The position numbers were made by a program, and so were the translations under genes. Shown here in pieces: positions 42,096 to 50,700 of a stretch of 64,000 nt of DNA. The stretch is taken from positions 800,001-864,000 of the forward strand of contig CAVRCJ010000010.1 of the NCBI GenBank assembly GCA_963719515.1. The letters run 5' to 3'. The DNA comes from an uncultured cyanobacterium. GTDB lineage: Bacteria; Cyanobacteriota; Cyanobacteriia; CAKZMO01. Each line of letters starts with the position of its first letter. Position 1 is the first letter of the stretch. Below the pieces are notes generated by a model. It was not told where the DNA came from. It made no database searches and saw only the letters and a program-made list of their open reading frames with translations.

Positions 42096-43779
42096 CGCCA
42101 CTGTAGAGGTACGTCCCGCTAGCCCGCCGCTTCAGCCTGAGCCGGGTGCGCCAGACAACTGGCGACGGTTCTTTACCTTTAGCACCGACCACAAAGTCAT
42201 CGGCATCCAGTACATCGTCACGGCCTTTGCCTTCTTTTTGTTTGGCGGCCTGCTGGCAATGGTGATGCGCGGTGAGCTAATTACCCCTGAGTCAGATTTA
42301 GTCGATCGCACGGTCTACAACGGGCTATTCACCATGCACGGCACCATCATGCTGTTCATGTGGACCTTCCCCATGCTCAACGGCCTGGCCAACTACCTGG
42401 TGCCGCTGATGATTGGGGCGCGGGACATGGCCTTCCCGAAGCTAAATGCGATCGCCTTTTGGATGGTGCCCGTGTTTGGAGTCATCCTCACCGCCAGCTT
42501 CTTCATCCCTGGCGGCCCGTCGCAGTCGGGCTGGTGGGCCTATCCGCCGGTGAGCCTGCAAAACCCCACCGGCAACCTGATCAATGGTCAGGCGCTGTGG
42601 CTGGTGGCGGTGGCGCTCTCGGGCATTTCCTCAATTCTGGGGGCCGTCAACATCGTCACCACGATATTTAGAATGCGGGCCCCCGGCATGGGCTGGTTCA
42701 GGATGCCCGCCTTCTGCTGGACGGTGCTCTCAGCCCAGATGATTCAGCTCATTGGGCTACCCGCGCTCACCGCCGGGGCCGTTATGCTGCTGCTGGACCT
42801 CACCGTGGGCACCGCCTTCTTCGACCCCACCCGCGGCGGCGACCCCGTCCTGTACCAGCACTTCTTCTGGTTTTACTCCCACCCGGCGGTGTATGTAATC
42901 ATTCTGCCGATCTTTGGGGTATTTTCAGAGGTGTTTCCGGTCTACGCCCGCAAGCCGCTGTTTGGCTACAGAGTCGTCGCTATCTCTTCACTGCTGATCA
43001 CGGTGCTTAGCGGCGTGGTCTGGGTTCACCACATGTATGCTAGCGGCACGCCGAGCTGGATGCGGATGCTGTTCATGCTCACCACCATGGCCATCTCCAT
43101 CCCCACGGGCATCAAGGTGTTTGCCTGGGTGGCCACGGTGTGGGGCGGCAAGCTGCGCCTGACTACGGCCATGCTGTTCGCCCTAGGCGGGCTGTTTATG
43201 TTCCTGTTTTCAGGCATCACCGGCATCATGCTGGCCGCAGTCCCCTTCGACATCCACGTCAACAATACCTACTTTGTAGTGGGCCACTTCCACTACGTCA
43301 TCAACGGAGCGGTGGTGATGGGCTTTTACGCCGCCATCTACCACTGGTTCCCCAAAATGACGGGGCGGATGTATTACGAAGGCTTGGGTAAGCTGCACTT
43401 TATTCTCACCTTTGTGGGGGCTAATCTAATCTTTTTGCCCATGCACCCCCTAGGTCTGCTGGGTATGCCGCGCCGGGTCGCATCCTACGACCCAGAGTTT
43501 GCCTTCTGGAACGTGCTGGCCAGCCTGGGCGGATTTTTGCTGGGGGTTTCCACCCTGCCCTTTATCTTAAATATGCTCAGCTCTTGGACCCAGGGCAAGG
43601 AAGCGGGCGACAACCCCTGGCGGGCCATCGGGCTGGAGTGGCTGGTGTCCTCTCCGCCCCCCCACGAGAACTTTGAAGAGCTTCCCGTGGTAGTGTCGCC
43701 GCCCTACGGCTACGGCAGTGATGAACCGCTGGTGTCCAACAATCCCGCTGGTAATCCTGTAGAGGAGGCGATCGCATGA
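42088..43779 (+). CDS. ctaD: Heme-copper oxidase subunit I (A2 type)
   Basis: TDHKVIG, TMHGTIM, WFYSHPAVY, VWVHHM, GHFHYV, MPRR. Confidence 0.96.
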   Translation: MSNATVEVRPASPPLQPEPGAPDNWRRFFTFSTDHKVIGIQYIVTAFAFFLFGGLLAMVMRGELITPESDLVDRTVYNGLFTMHGTIMLFMWTFPMLNGLANYLVPLMIGARDMAFPKLNAIAFWMVPVFGVILTASFFIPGGPSQSGWWAYPPVSLQNPTGNLINGQALWLVAVALSGISSILGAVNIVTTIFRMRAPGMGWFRMPAFCWTVLSAQMIQLIGLPALTAGAVMLLLDLTVGTAFFDPTRGGDPVLYQHFFWFYSHPAVYVIILPIFGVFSEVFPVYARKPLFGYRVVAISSLLITVLSGVVWVHHMYASGTPSWMRMLFMLTTMAISIPTGIKVFAWVATVWGGKLRLTTAMLFALGGLFMFLFSGITGIMLAAVPFDIHVNNTYFVVGHFHYVINGAVVMGFYAAIYHWFPKMTGRMYYEGLGKLHFILTFVGANLIFLPMHPLGLLGMPRRVASYDPEFAFWNVLASLGGFLLGVSTLPFILNMLSSWTQGKEAGDNPWRAIGLEWLVSSPPPHENFEELPVVVSPPYGYGSDEPLVSNNPAGNPVEEAIA

Positions 43780-44387
43780 GCAGCATTAACCTCGATACTG
43801 TCGATCCGGCGCTAGAGAGTCAGGCCTCTCATCACGCCGCCCACGAAGAAGACCACCGCATGTTTGGCTTTGTGGTCTTCCTGCTCTCGGAGAGCGTGAT
43901 TTTCTTCAGCTTTTTTGTGGGCTACATCGTTTTCAAGACCGGCACCGCCAACTGGCTGCCCGCTGGGTTTGAGGGGCTGGAGGTCCGGGAGCCTTTAATC
44001 AACACGATTGTCCTGGTGTCCAGCAGCTTCGTCATCTATTTCGCCGAGCGCTTCTTACGCCGCAACAATCTCTGGGGCTTTCGCGTCTTCTGGCTTTTGA
44101 CCATGGCCATGGGCAGCTTTTTCCTGTACGGCCAGGCGGTAGAGTGGATGGGTCTGCCCTTTGGGTTTACCTCCGGGGTATTTGGCGGCGTTTTCTACCT
44201 GCTGACGGGCTTTCACGGCCTGCACGTGCTCACCGGGGTCCTGATGCAGGGCGTGATGCTGGGGCGCTCCTTCATCCCCAACAACTACGCGGACGGCGAG
44301 TACGGGGTCGAGGCGACATCGCTGTTTTGGCACTTTGTCGACGTCATCTGGATTCTGCTTTTCATTCTGATCTATCTGTGGCAGTAG
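43776..44387 (+). CDS. ctaE: Heme-copper oxidase subunit III
   Basis: FLLSES, TGFHGLHV, FWHFVDVIW. Confidence 0.95.
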   Translation: MSSINLDTVDPALESQASHHAAHEEDHRMFGFVVFLLSESVIFFSFFVGYIVFKTGTANWLPAGFEGLEVREPLINTIVLVSSSFVIYFAERFLRRNNLWGFRVFWLLTMAMGSFFLYGQAVEWMGLPFGFTSGVFGGVFYLLTGFHGLHVLTGVLMQGVMLGRSFIPNNYADGEYGVEATSLFWHFVDVIWILLFILIYLWQ

Positions 44388-44390
44388 CTC

Positions 44391-45917
44391 ATGATTATTG
44401 ATGACCAACATTACGATGTCATCATCGTCGGCTCGGGGGCCGGAGGCGGGACGCTGGCGCAAAAGCTGGCCCCTTCAGGGAAAAAGATCTTGGTCTTGGA
44501 GCGCGGGTCGCAGATGGCCCTAGAAGAGCAAAACCGGGCCGACGTGGATGTGTTTAAAAAAGAGCGCTACCACGCGCCGGAGCAGTGGTACGACGAAGCG
44601 GGAGAGCCCTTTTCGCCGCAAACCAACTACGCCGTAGGGGGAAACACAAAAATCTACAACGCGTCGCTGATGCGGATGCGGGAGCGCGACTTTGAAGCGG
44701 TGACCTATCAAGACGGCGTCACCCCCGAGTGGCCGCTGAAATACGCCGACTGGGAGCCCTACTACACCGCCGCCGAGCAGCTCTATCAGGTGCACGGCGA
44801 CGCTAAGGCTGACCCCACCGAGCCGGCCCACAGCAGCAGCTACCCTCACCACGCCGTAAGTCATCCGCCTATCATGCAGCCGGTTGTCACGGCCATCAAA
44901 GAGGAGGGACTGCACCCCGCCCCGCTGCCCACGAGCTTGACCCAGCAGGCAGACGACCCCACCGGGGACGCAGAGGTTTTTGGGATCAATTTAGCGATCG
45001 CCCATAATAACGTGACCCTTAAAACCAACGCCAAGGTGGTTGAGCTCCACACCAACCCGGCGGGCACAGCGATTAAGGGCGTTCAGGCGGAGGTTAACGC
45101 GCAGCCCATGCTGTTTACCGGCGACATTGTGGTGCTGGCCTGCGGGGCAGTGAATTCAGCCGCGCTGATGCTCGCCTCTGCCAACGACCAGCATTCCGAG
45201 GGCTTAGCCAACCGCTCAGGGCAGCTGGGCCGCAACCTGATGAAGCACCTGATGACGGTGATTGTGGAGCGCGGGGCGGCGGAGAACGACGGGACGTTTG
45301 CCCCCAGCATCGCCATCAACGACTTTTATTGGGGCGACCCAGACTATCACTATCCCATGGGCCATATTGAAAACAGCGGCGGCTTGCTGCAGGACATCGT
45401 CTTTGCAGAGTCGCCGCCCCTGCTCTCCGTTCTGGCCCGGCTGGCCCCTGGCGCAGGGCTAAAGCGGCTGGCGACGCGCTCCATCGGCTGGTGGGCTCAG
45501 ACAGGGGTCTTGCCGAACCCCGACAACCGCGTTTACCTGCAGGAAAGCCGAAAGAGAATTAAGCTGCGCTACGAATTCACCCCCAATAACCTCGAGGCCC
45601 ACGATCGCCTCGTGTACCGCTGGATGGGGGTGCTCAAAGAGCTAGAAAAGCCGGGGGTTGGGCTGCGGCAGGGCAGCGTCTACCCCAGAGGAGAATCGCC
45701 CATTCAGGTGGTGGGCTACCAGTGCGGCACCTGCCGCATGGGCAGCGACCCAGCGACCGCTGTTTTAGACCTCAACTGCCGCACCCATGAGATTGACAAC
45801 CTTTACGTCGTAGACAGCAGCTTCTTCCCGTCCTGCGCCAGCGTCAGTCCGGCATTGACGGTGATGGCCAATGCCCTACGCGTCGGAGAGCACTTGGTAG
45901 AGCGGCTGACGGCGTAA
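44391..45917 (+). CDS. GMC-family FAD oxidoreductase
   Basis: GSGAGGG, VGGNTK, GRNLMKH, GTCRMG, NLYVVDSSFFP. Confidence 0.92.
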   Translation: MIIDDQHYDVIIVGSGAGGGTLAQKLAPSGKKILVLERGSQMALEEQNRADVDVFKKERYHAPEQWYDEAGEPFSPQTNYAVGGNTKIYNASLMRMRERDFEAVTYQDGVTPEWPLKYADWEPYYTAAEQLYQVHGDAKADPTEPAHSSSYPHHAVSHPPIMQPVVTAIKEEGLHPAPLPTSLTQQADDPTGDAEVFGINLAIAHNNVTLKTNAKVVELHTNPAGTAIKGVQAEVNAQPMLFTGDIVVLACGAVNSAALMLASANDQHSEGLANRSGQLGRNLMKHLMTVIVERGAAENDGTFAPSIAINDFYWGDPDYHYPMGHIENSGGLLQDIVFAESPPLLSVLARLAPGAGLKRLATRSIGWWAQTGVLPNPDNRVYLQESRKRIKLRYEFTPNNLEAHDRLVYRWMGVLKELEKPGVGLRQGSVYPRGESPIQVVGYQCGTCRMGSDPATAVLDLNCRTHEIDNLYVVDSSFFPSCASVSPALTVMANALRVGEHLVERLTA

Positions 45918-45920
45918 TGT

Positions 45921-45981
45921 CCGGTAGCGCTCTAGGCCTGACAGCGCTCTAGGCCCGGCAGCGCCTAGGCCCGGCAGCGCT
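45921..45981. repeat. About 3.6 tandem 17-bp units, consensus CCGGCAGCGCTCTAGGC, between convergent genes
   Basis: Units start at 45921, 45938, 45955 and 45971. Confidence 0.8.
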
Positions 45982-46872
45982 TTAATTGGAGAGCTGCCCT
46001 CCGGTAACGTCGACCAGCGCCCCCGTTATAAAGCTGCTGTCCTCAGCGGCAAGAAAAACGTAGGTCGGAGCAAGCTCTTCGGGCTGAGCCGCACGCTTTA
46101 GGGCGTTGGCGTCGTCAAACCCATCCACCTGGTCGGGGGTCATGGTTGCCGGAATGTTGGGGGTCCATACGGCTCCTGGAACGACGGCGTTGACGCGAAT
46201 TTTCTTCTCGGCCAGGTTGAGCGCTAGGGATTTGGTAAAGGTGTGCACCGCCCCTTTGCTGGAGGCATAGTCCACCAAAAACTTCTTGCCAATCTTGCCG
46301 ACAATAGAGCCGGTGTTAATGATGACGTCGCCTTCCTGTAGGTGGGGCTGGACGGCTTTGAACATGTGAAAGTAGCCGAAGATATTGGTTTCAAACGTCT
46401 CGTGAAACTGCTTGATCGTCAGCTCGGCCAAGTCTTTTCTCACCATCTGAAAGGCAGCGTTGTTGACCAGAATGTCAACATGGCCAAACTTTTTCATGGT
46501 CTGAGCTACTGCGTCTTCGCAGGCTTCCGGCTTGCGGACGTCCATCTTGATGGGCAAGCACTGGCCCCCCCGCTCTTCCACCAGGCTTTTGGTCTTGTTG
46601 GCGTCTTCGTCGTTGACGTTGTATAAAATGGCGACGTTAGCCCCTTCCATGGCGTAGGCGATCGCCACCGCGCGGCCAATGCCCGAATCGCCCCCGGTAA
46701 TAATTGCCACTTTCCCCGTGAGCTTACCCGCCGCTTTGTAGTTGGACAGGTCGCTATCTGGCGTCAGCTCCATATCCTCTTGGCTGGCCGGATAGGGGAG
46801 CTGCTGCGCGTCGATGTCTTCGGGTTTGGGGCGCGGTTCGGATCCCGTATTGCCTATGCTTTTGCTCGCCAT
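45982..46872 (-). CDS. SDR oxidoreductase (YdaD/YhdF general-stress type)
   Basis: TGGDSGIG, NNAAFQ, YASSKG. Confidence 0.93.
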   Translation of the reverse strand: MASKSIGNTGSEPRPKPEDIDAQQLPYPASQEDMELTPDSDLSNYKAAGKLTGKVAIITGGDSGIGRAVAIAYAMEGANVAILYNVNDEDANKTKSLVEERGGQCLPIKMDVRKPEACEDAVAQTMKKFGHVDILVNNAAFQMVRKDLAELTIKQFHETFETNIFGYFHMFKAVQPHLQEGDVIINTGSIVGKIGKKFLVDYASSKGAVHTFTKSLALNLAEKKIRVNAVVPGAVWTPNIPATMTPDQVDGFDDANALKRAAQPEELAPTYVFLAAEDSSFITGALVDVTGGQLSN

Positions 46873-47046
46873 AAAAGTTCTTCCATCTTGTAAGGAATTA
46901 GATCGTACGTGAGTTCTCTTTCGGTGAGTCTCTATCTAAGGGAGAGAAGATTTGACCCGTTTGAAGGGAAGAGCGATTGCCTAAGTTTCTCTTTTCCTGA
47001 GCCATAATTGAAGCGTTGCCGAACCGCTTTCCGAATCGCACTGCCC

Positions 47047-48126
47047 ATGAGCGCCTCTCTGCAAACCATCCTCTTCCTCGCCGCTAACCCCAAAGACACC
47101 GCCCGCCGCCGTCTGGACCAAGAGCTTCGCGACATCGACGAGGGCCTACAGCGCTCCAGGAACCGCGACCAGTTCACCCTAGAGAAAAAGCTGGCGGTGC
47201 GCCCTCGTGATATTCAGCGGGCCATGCTGGATGTGGGGCCGCAGATTGTTCACTTCTCGGGCCACAGCGACGGGGAAATGGGGCTGCAGTTTGAAGACGA
47301 GGTGGGCAACGCCAAGCTGGTGGACGGGGCGGCGCTGGCGAGGCTGTTTGCGCTGTTTGCCGATCAGGTGAGCTGCGTGGTGCTCAACGGCTGCTATTCC
47401 CAGGCGCAGGCCGAGGCGATCGCCCAGCATGTGCCCTACGTCATCGGTATGAGTAAGGACATCGACGAGGATGCGGCGATCGCCTTTGCGGTGGGCTTTT
47501 ATGACGCGTTGGGGGCGGGGCGGGATGTGGAGTTTGCCTATAAGCTGGGCTGCACCGCCATCAGTTTGGAGGGGGTGGAGGGATATCTGACGCCTATCCT
47601 GCTAAAGCACGCTCAGGAGGAAGTGACCGCTACGCCTATCCCCGCCGCTTCTAGTCCTGTGAACCATGAGGCGGACGGCTCCATTGAGGTTTTCATTTCC
47701 TATTCCCACAAAGATGATGCCTTACAAGAGGAGCTGATCGCCCATTTGTCTAGCCTGCGGCGGCGCGGAAATATCACCGCCTGGTATGACCGTGCTGTGG
47801 AGGCAGGAGCGGAGTGGGAAGCGCAGATTAAAGACAAGCTGGAAACGGCTCAGGTTATTCTGATGCTCATCAGTCCGGCTTTCATGGCGTCTGATTACTG
47901 CTACGACATCGAGATGCAGCGAGCGCTGGAACGCCACGAGGAGGGTACGGCGCGCGTAATTCCGGTTATTCTACGCCCCTGTGACTGGAGAGAGGCCCCG
48001 TTTAGCAAGCTAAAGGCGATGCCAGAAGACGGTAAACCCGTGACGCAGTGGGGCGATCGCGATACGGCGTTTTTGAATGTGGTGCAGGGCATTAAACGGG
48101 CACTGGAGTCGCTGACAAAAAAGTAG
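47047..48126 (+). CDS. CHAT (caspase-like) + TIR domain protein; ends in a slippery A_AAA_AAG plus stop
   Basis: ILFLAANP, HFSGH, LNGCYS; TIR motifs VFISYSHKD, SDYCYDIEM, VIPVILRPCDW. Confidence 0.92.
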   Translation: MSASLQTILFLAANPKDTARRRLDQELRDIDEGLQRSRNRDQFTLEKKLAVRPRDIQRAMLDVGPQIVHFSGHSDGEMGLQFEDEVGNAKLVDGAALARLFALFADQVSCVVLNGCYSQAQAEAIAQHVPYVIGMSKDIDEDAAIAFAVGFYDALGAGRDVEFAYKLGCTAISLEGVEGYLTPILLKHAQEEVTATPIPAASSPVNHEADGSIEVFISYSHKDDALQEELIAHLSSLRRRGNITAWYDRAVEAGAEWEAQIKDKLETAQVILMLISPAFMASDYCYDIEMQRALERHEEGTARVIPVILRPCDWREAPFSKLKAMPEDGKPVTQWGDRDTAFLNVVQGIKRALESLTKK

Positions 48127-48179
48127 ACCGTTCTTTGCGTGCTGGTGCGGGAGCAAAGGACGACGGGCTAACGTACCGG
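48105..48179 (+). promoter_or_regulatory. Putative programmed -1 ribosomal frameshift signal
   Basis: GGAG 48105-48108, AAAAAAG 48117-48123, TAG; stem 1 48129-48138/48153-48162; stem 2 48142-48149/48172-48179. Confidence 0.8.
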
Positions 48180-49019
48180 GGGGATGATTCGCCTTTTATT
48201 ACGGGGACGCCGATTTCTCATCCGCGCTATTTCTTTGGCCGACGCCGGGTCGTGAAACGGCTGTTTAACTTGCTGAAGACCCATCCGCTGCAGAATGCGG
48301 CCATTATTGGCCAGCGGCGCTCGGGAAAGACGTCGCTGCTGAACTATTTGCGCACCGTTACCACGACGCCTGCCGCAGCGCTGCGACCGGGGCAAAAGGC
48401 GGACTGGCTACCGCAGCCGGAGGCCTACCGCTGGATCTTCGTAGATTTCCAGGATGCGCGGCTGGCGCGGCGGGAGGGGCTGCTGCGGCATTTGCTAGAG
48501 GCGATGGAGTTAGCGGTGCCGGAGCCTTGTGACCTGGAGCGGTTTATGGAGCAGGTGAGCGGCTGCGTGACGCGGCCTACGGTGGTGTTGATGGATGAGA
48601 TTGGGGAGGCGCTGGGCACCTACTCGGAGCTGGATGATGAGTTTTGGAATAGCCTGCGATCGCTGGCGACAACGCAGACGGACGGAAATTTGGCCTTTGT
48701 GCTGGCGACGCCGGAGAGCCCGGTTGGCCTAGCGCGGCAGACGGGGCACAGCTCGCCGTTTTTCAATATCTTTGGCTACACGGCGACGCTGGGGCCGTTG
48801 AAAGAAGAGGAGGCGCGGGCGCTGATGGGGCGATCGCCCATTCCTTTTATGGAGGCGGATACGGTCTGGATGCTGGAGCAGAGCGGGGGCTGGCCGATTT
48901 TGCTGCAGATTTTGTGCCGGGAGCGGCTGTTTGCCCTGGAGGAGGGGGACGATAGCGAGGACTGGCGGCAGGAGGGGCTGGCGCAGATGCAGCCGTTTAC
49001 GCATTTGCTAAATGGCTAG
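48123..49019 (+). CDS. STAND-like P-loop ATPase domain in the -1 frame relative to CHAT-TIR
   Basis: SPFITGTPI, FFGR, Walker A GQRRSGKTS, Walker B VVLMDE, SGGWP; only a weak TTG start at 48135. Confidence 0.85.
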   Translation, partial: VDRSLRAGAGAKDDGLTYRGDDSPFITGTPISHPRYFFGRRRVVKRLFNLLKTHPLQNAAIIGQRRSGKTSLLNYLRTVTTTPAAALRPGQKADWLPQPEAYRWIFVDFQDARLARREGLLRHLLEAMELAVPEPCDLERFMEQVSGCVTRPTVVLMDEIGEALGTYSELDDEFWNSLRSLATTQTDGNLAFVLATPESPVGLARQTGHSSPFFNIFGYTATLGPLKEEEARALMGRSPIPFMEADTVWMLEQSGGWPILLQILCRERLFALEEGDDSEDWRQEGLAQMQPFTHLLNG

Positions 49020-49117
49020 AGTTTTCTATACGGTTGCGCGGGCACGCATATTCCGCTAAAGTGCCTAGCCATGGACGTTTTTTCGTCCGATTGCACAAAC
49101 CTGACACCCAAATGTTT

Positions 49118-49276
49118 AGCGCCCCCTGGAAGTGACGCAACACAACCAGGAGGCTGACCTCCCGCTGACATACCCAGCGAGCGGCTACAGGGATTGTATC
49201 CCGTAGCCACCCTCGCCTTGTGCCGCGTGGAGTGGCTAGATGCTTGGGTTGTCTTTCCTCTCAAAGGAGACAACCC
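49118..49276 (+). ncRNA. Candidate structured 5' leader with an SD-sequestering hairpin
   Basis: Consecutive hairpins; GGGTTGTCT (49246-49254) pairs with AGACAACCC (49268-49276) over the AAGGAG SD. Confidence 0.45.
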
Positions 49277-49277
49277 C

Positions 49278-49544
49278 ATGACCTATGATTCTTTTAATCC
49301 TCGCGATCGCGAGGGCGGTTCGTCCTGCCCGATTATTCTGCCGGGCGACGGCGACGATGTGCTGCGGCTCATCGCCATTGGCCCGCCCTATGCGGTAGAG
49401 AACTGCCGACTGGCACTGCATCGCTACGGGTTTGCGGAGGCGAATGATTGGTCGCAGCCGCTGCCGGGGGCGAGCCCGGAGACGATTCGGGTGGTGGACC
49501 CGCGCCACGTGATGCGGATTTTGACGAAGCGGGTGCGGCGATAA
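49278..49544 (+). CDS. Small cyanobacterial hypothetical protein
   Basis: Strong SD AAAGGAG before the ATG; LHRYGFAEANDWSQPLP...VMRILTKR. Confidence 0.75.
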   Translation: MTYDSFNPRDREGGSSCPIILPGDGDDVLRLIAIGPPYAVENCRLALHRYGFAEANDWSQPLPGASPETIRVVDPRHVMRILTKRVRR

Positions 49545-49751
49545 AATGGAGCTTCGCAAGCGAACGTAGATAGGACTGGCTCGCGGGATTTTTGAAAATC
49601 CCACGAGTCGATCAAGGTATATTTGGTATTGTGGAGTCTCCAGATTATTTTGTGAGGTCCAAAAAATCGTGATGTCGGCCTACAATGATCTTGTGAGGTC
49701 TACGAATTACATAGGCTGACACAACCATTGGTATCTCTGAGGAATAGCGTC

Positions 49752-50126
49752 ATGACAGCTCACCTGTTGCCGAAACTTGATGCGTTGCCAAATAGCTTGC
49801 CCTTAGAAGGAGCAGTTCGAATTGAATTGGTGGAGGGCGTTCCAGTTTTTCGGGCATCTAGCCAAGTTCAGATTCGTATTGAAGCGCTCTTAGATAAGCA
49901 AAAGATTACGACTTTAGATTCAAATGAAGAGCAGGAATTAAGTTCTTACGAAGAGCTTGATGACTATTTGAGCCTAGTCAATCGGATCATCCGACAAGAA
50001 TTGCAATTAAAGCCATCAGTAACGGCTGCAGTTTCGCAAGATTTTCCATTGGCGGGCAGTATTTTATACTACGATGATCCATTCGGTCCTGCAGTTGACC
50101 CCGACGATTGGGGCGCTTTGCAATGA
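49752..50126 (+). CDS. Putative antitoxin upstream of VapC
   Basis: ATGA overlap with the PIN gene; acidic tail YDDPFGPAVDPDDW. Confidence 0.65.
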   Translation: MTAHLLPKLDALPNSLPLEGAVRIELVEGVPVFRASSQVQIRIEALLDKQKITTLDSNEEQELSSYEELDDYLSLVNRIIRQELQLKPSVTAAVSQDFPLAGSILYYDDPFGPAVDPDDWGALQ

Positions 50127-50515
50127 TTGTTATCGATACCCACATTTGGCTTTGGTGGGTAGACAATAGTCCGAGATTGACTCAGCACCAGCGAAAATTG
50201 CTAGAAGACCACAGGGATCAGGGCTTGGGTGTAAGTATAATCTCATGCTGGGAAGTTGCAAAGTTAGTTGAGAAGCAGAAGATTGGCTTGGGGCGATCGC
50301 TAGAGGAGTGGATGGAGGTGGCATTGAGCTATCCCGGCATTCAGCTATTAGAGCTTACGATCCCCATTGCAGTTGAATCGACGAGACTCGTGGGATTTCA
50401 CCGCGACCCGGCAGACCAATTAATTGTAGCGACGGCTAAGGTTCATGATGTTCCGCTACTAACGGCTGATGCAAAGATTTTAAGCTACGAAGGTATCAAG
50501 CTTCTGGGAGTATAA
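50123..50515 (+). CDS. vapC: Type II toxin, VapC/PIN-domain ribonuclease
   Basis: IDTHIWLW, SCWEV, HRDPADQLIVATA, LLTAD. Confidence 0.92.
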   Translation: MIVIDTHIWLWWVDNSPRLTQHQRKLLEDHRDQGLGVSIISCWEVAKLVEKQKIGLGRSLEEWMEVALSYPGIQLLELTIPIAVESTRLVGFHRDPADQLIVATAKVHDVPLLTADAKILSYEGIKLLGV

Positions 50516-50549
50516 ATCTTTGATGTCTAATATTTTGAGTAGTGTAATT

Positions 50550-50669
50550 GTAGGTAGCGACAGCGTAACTCAACAAAAGCGATCGCCTTCAAATTCGCTT
50601 CAGATTTAGAGAAGCGATCGCTCTTCAAAGGACCGACCGCGTTGGGTTCCTACGCTCAACTCAACCTAC
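50550..50669. repeat. GTAG REP-like inverted doublet enclosing two HIP1 sites
   Basis: GTAGG...GCGTAACTCAAC and GTTGGGTT...AACTCAACCTAC; related to 22780-22857. Confidence 0.6.
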
Positions 50670-50700
50670 GTTTGGCGCTAAGGAAAAGGTGTCAGGCTTC

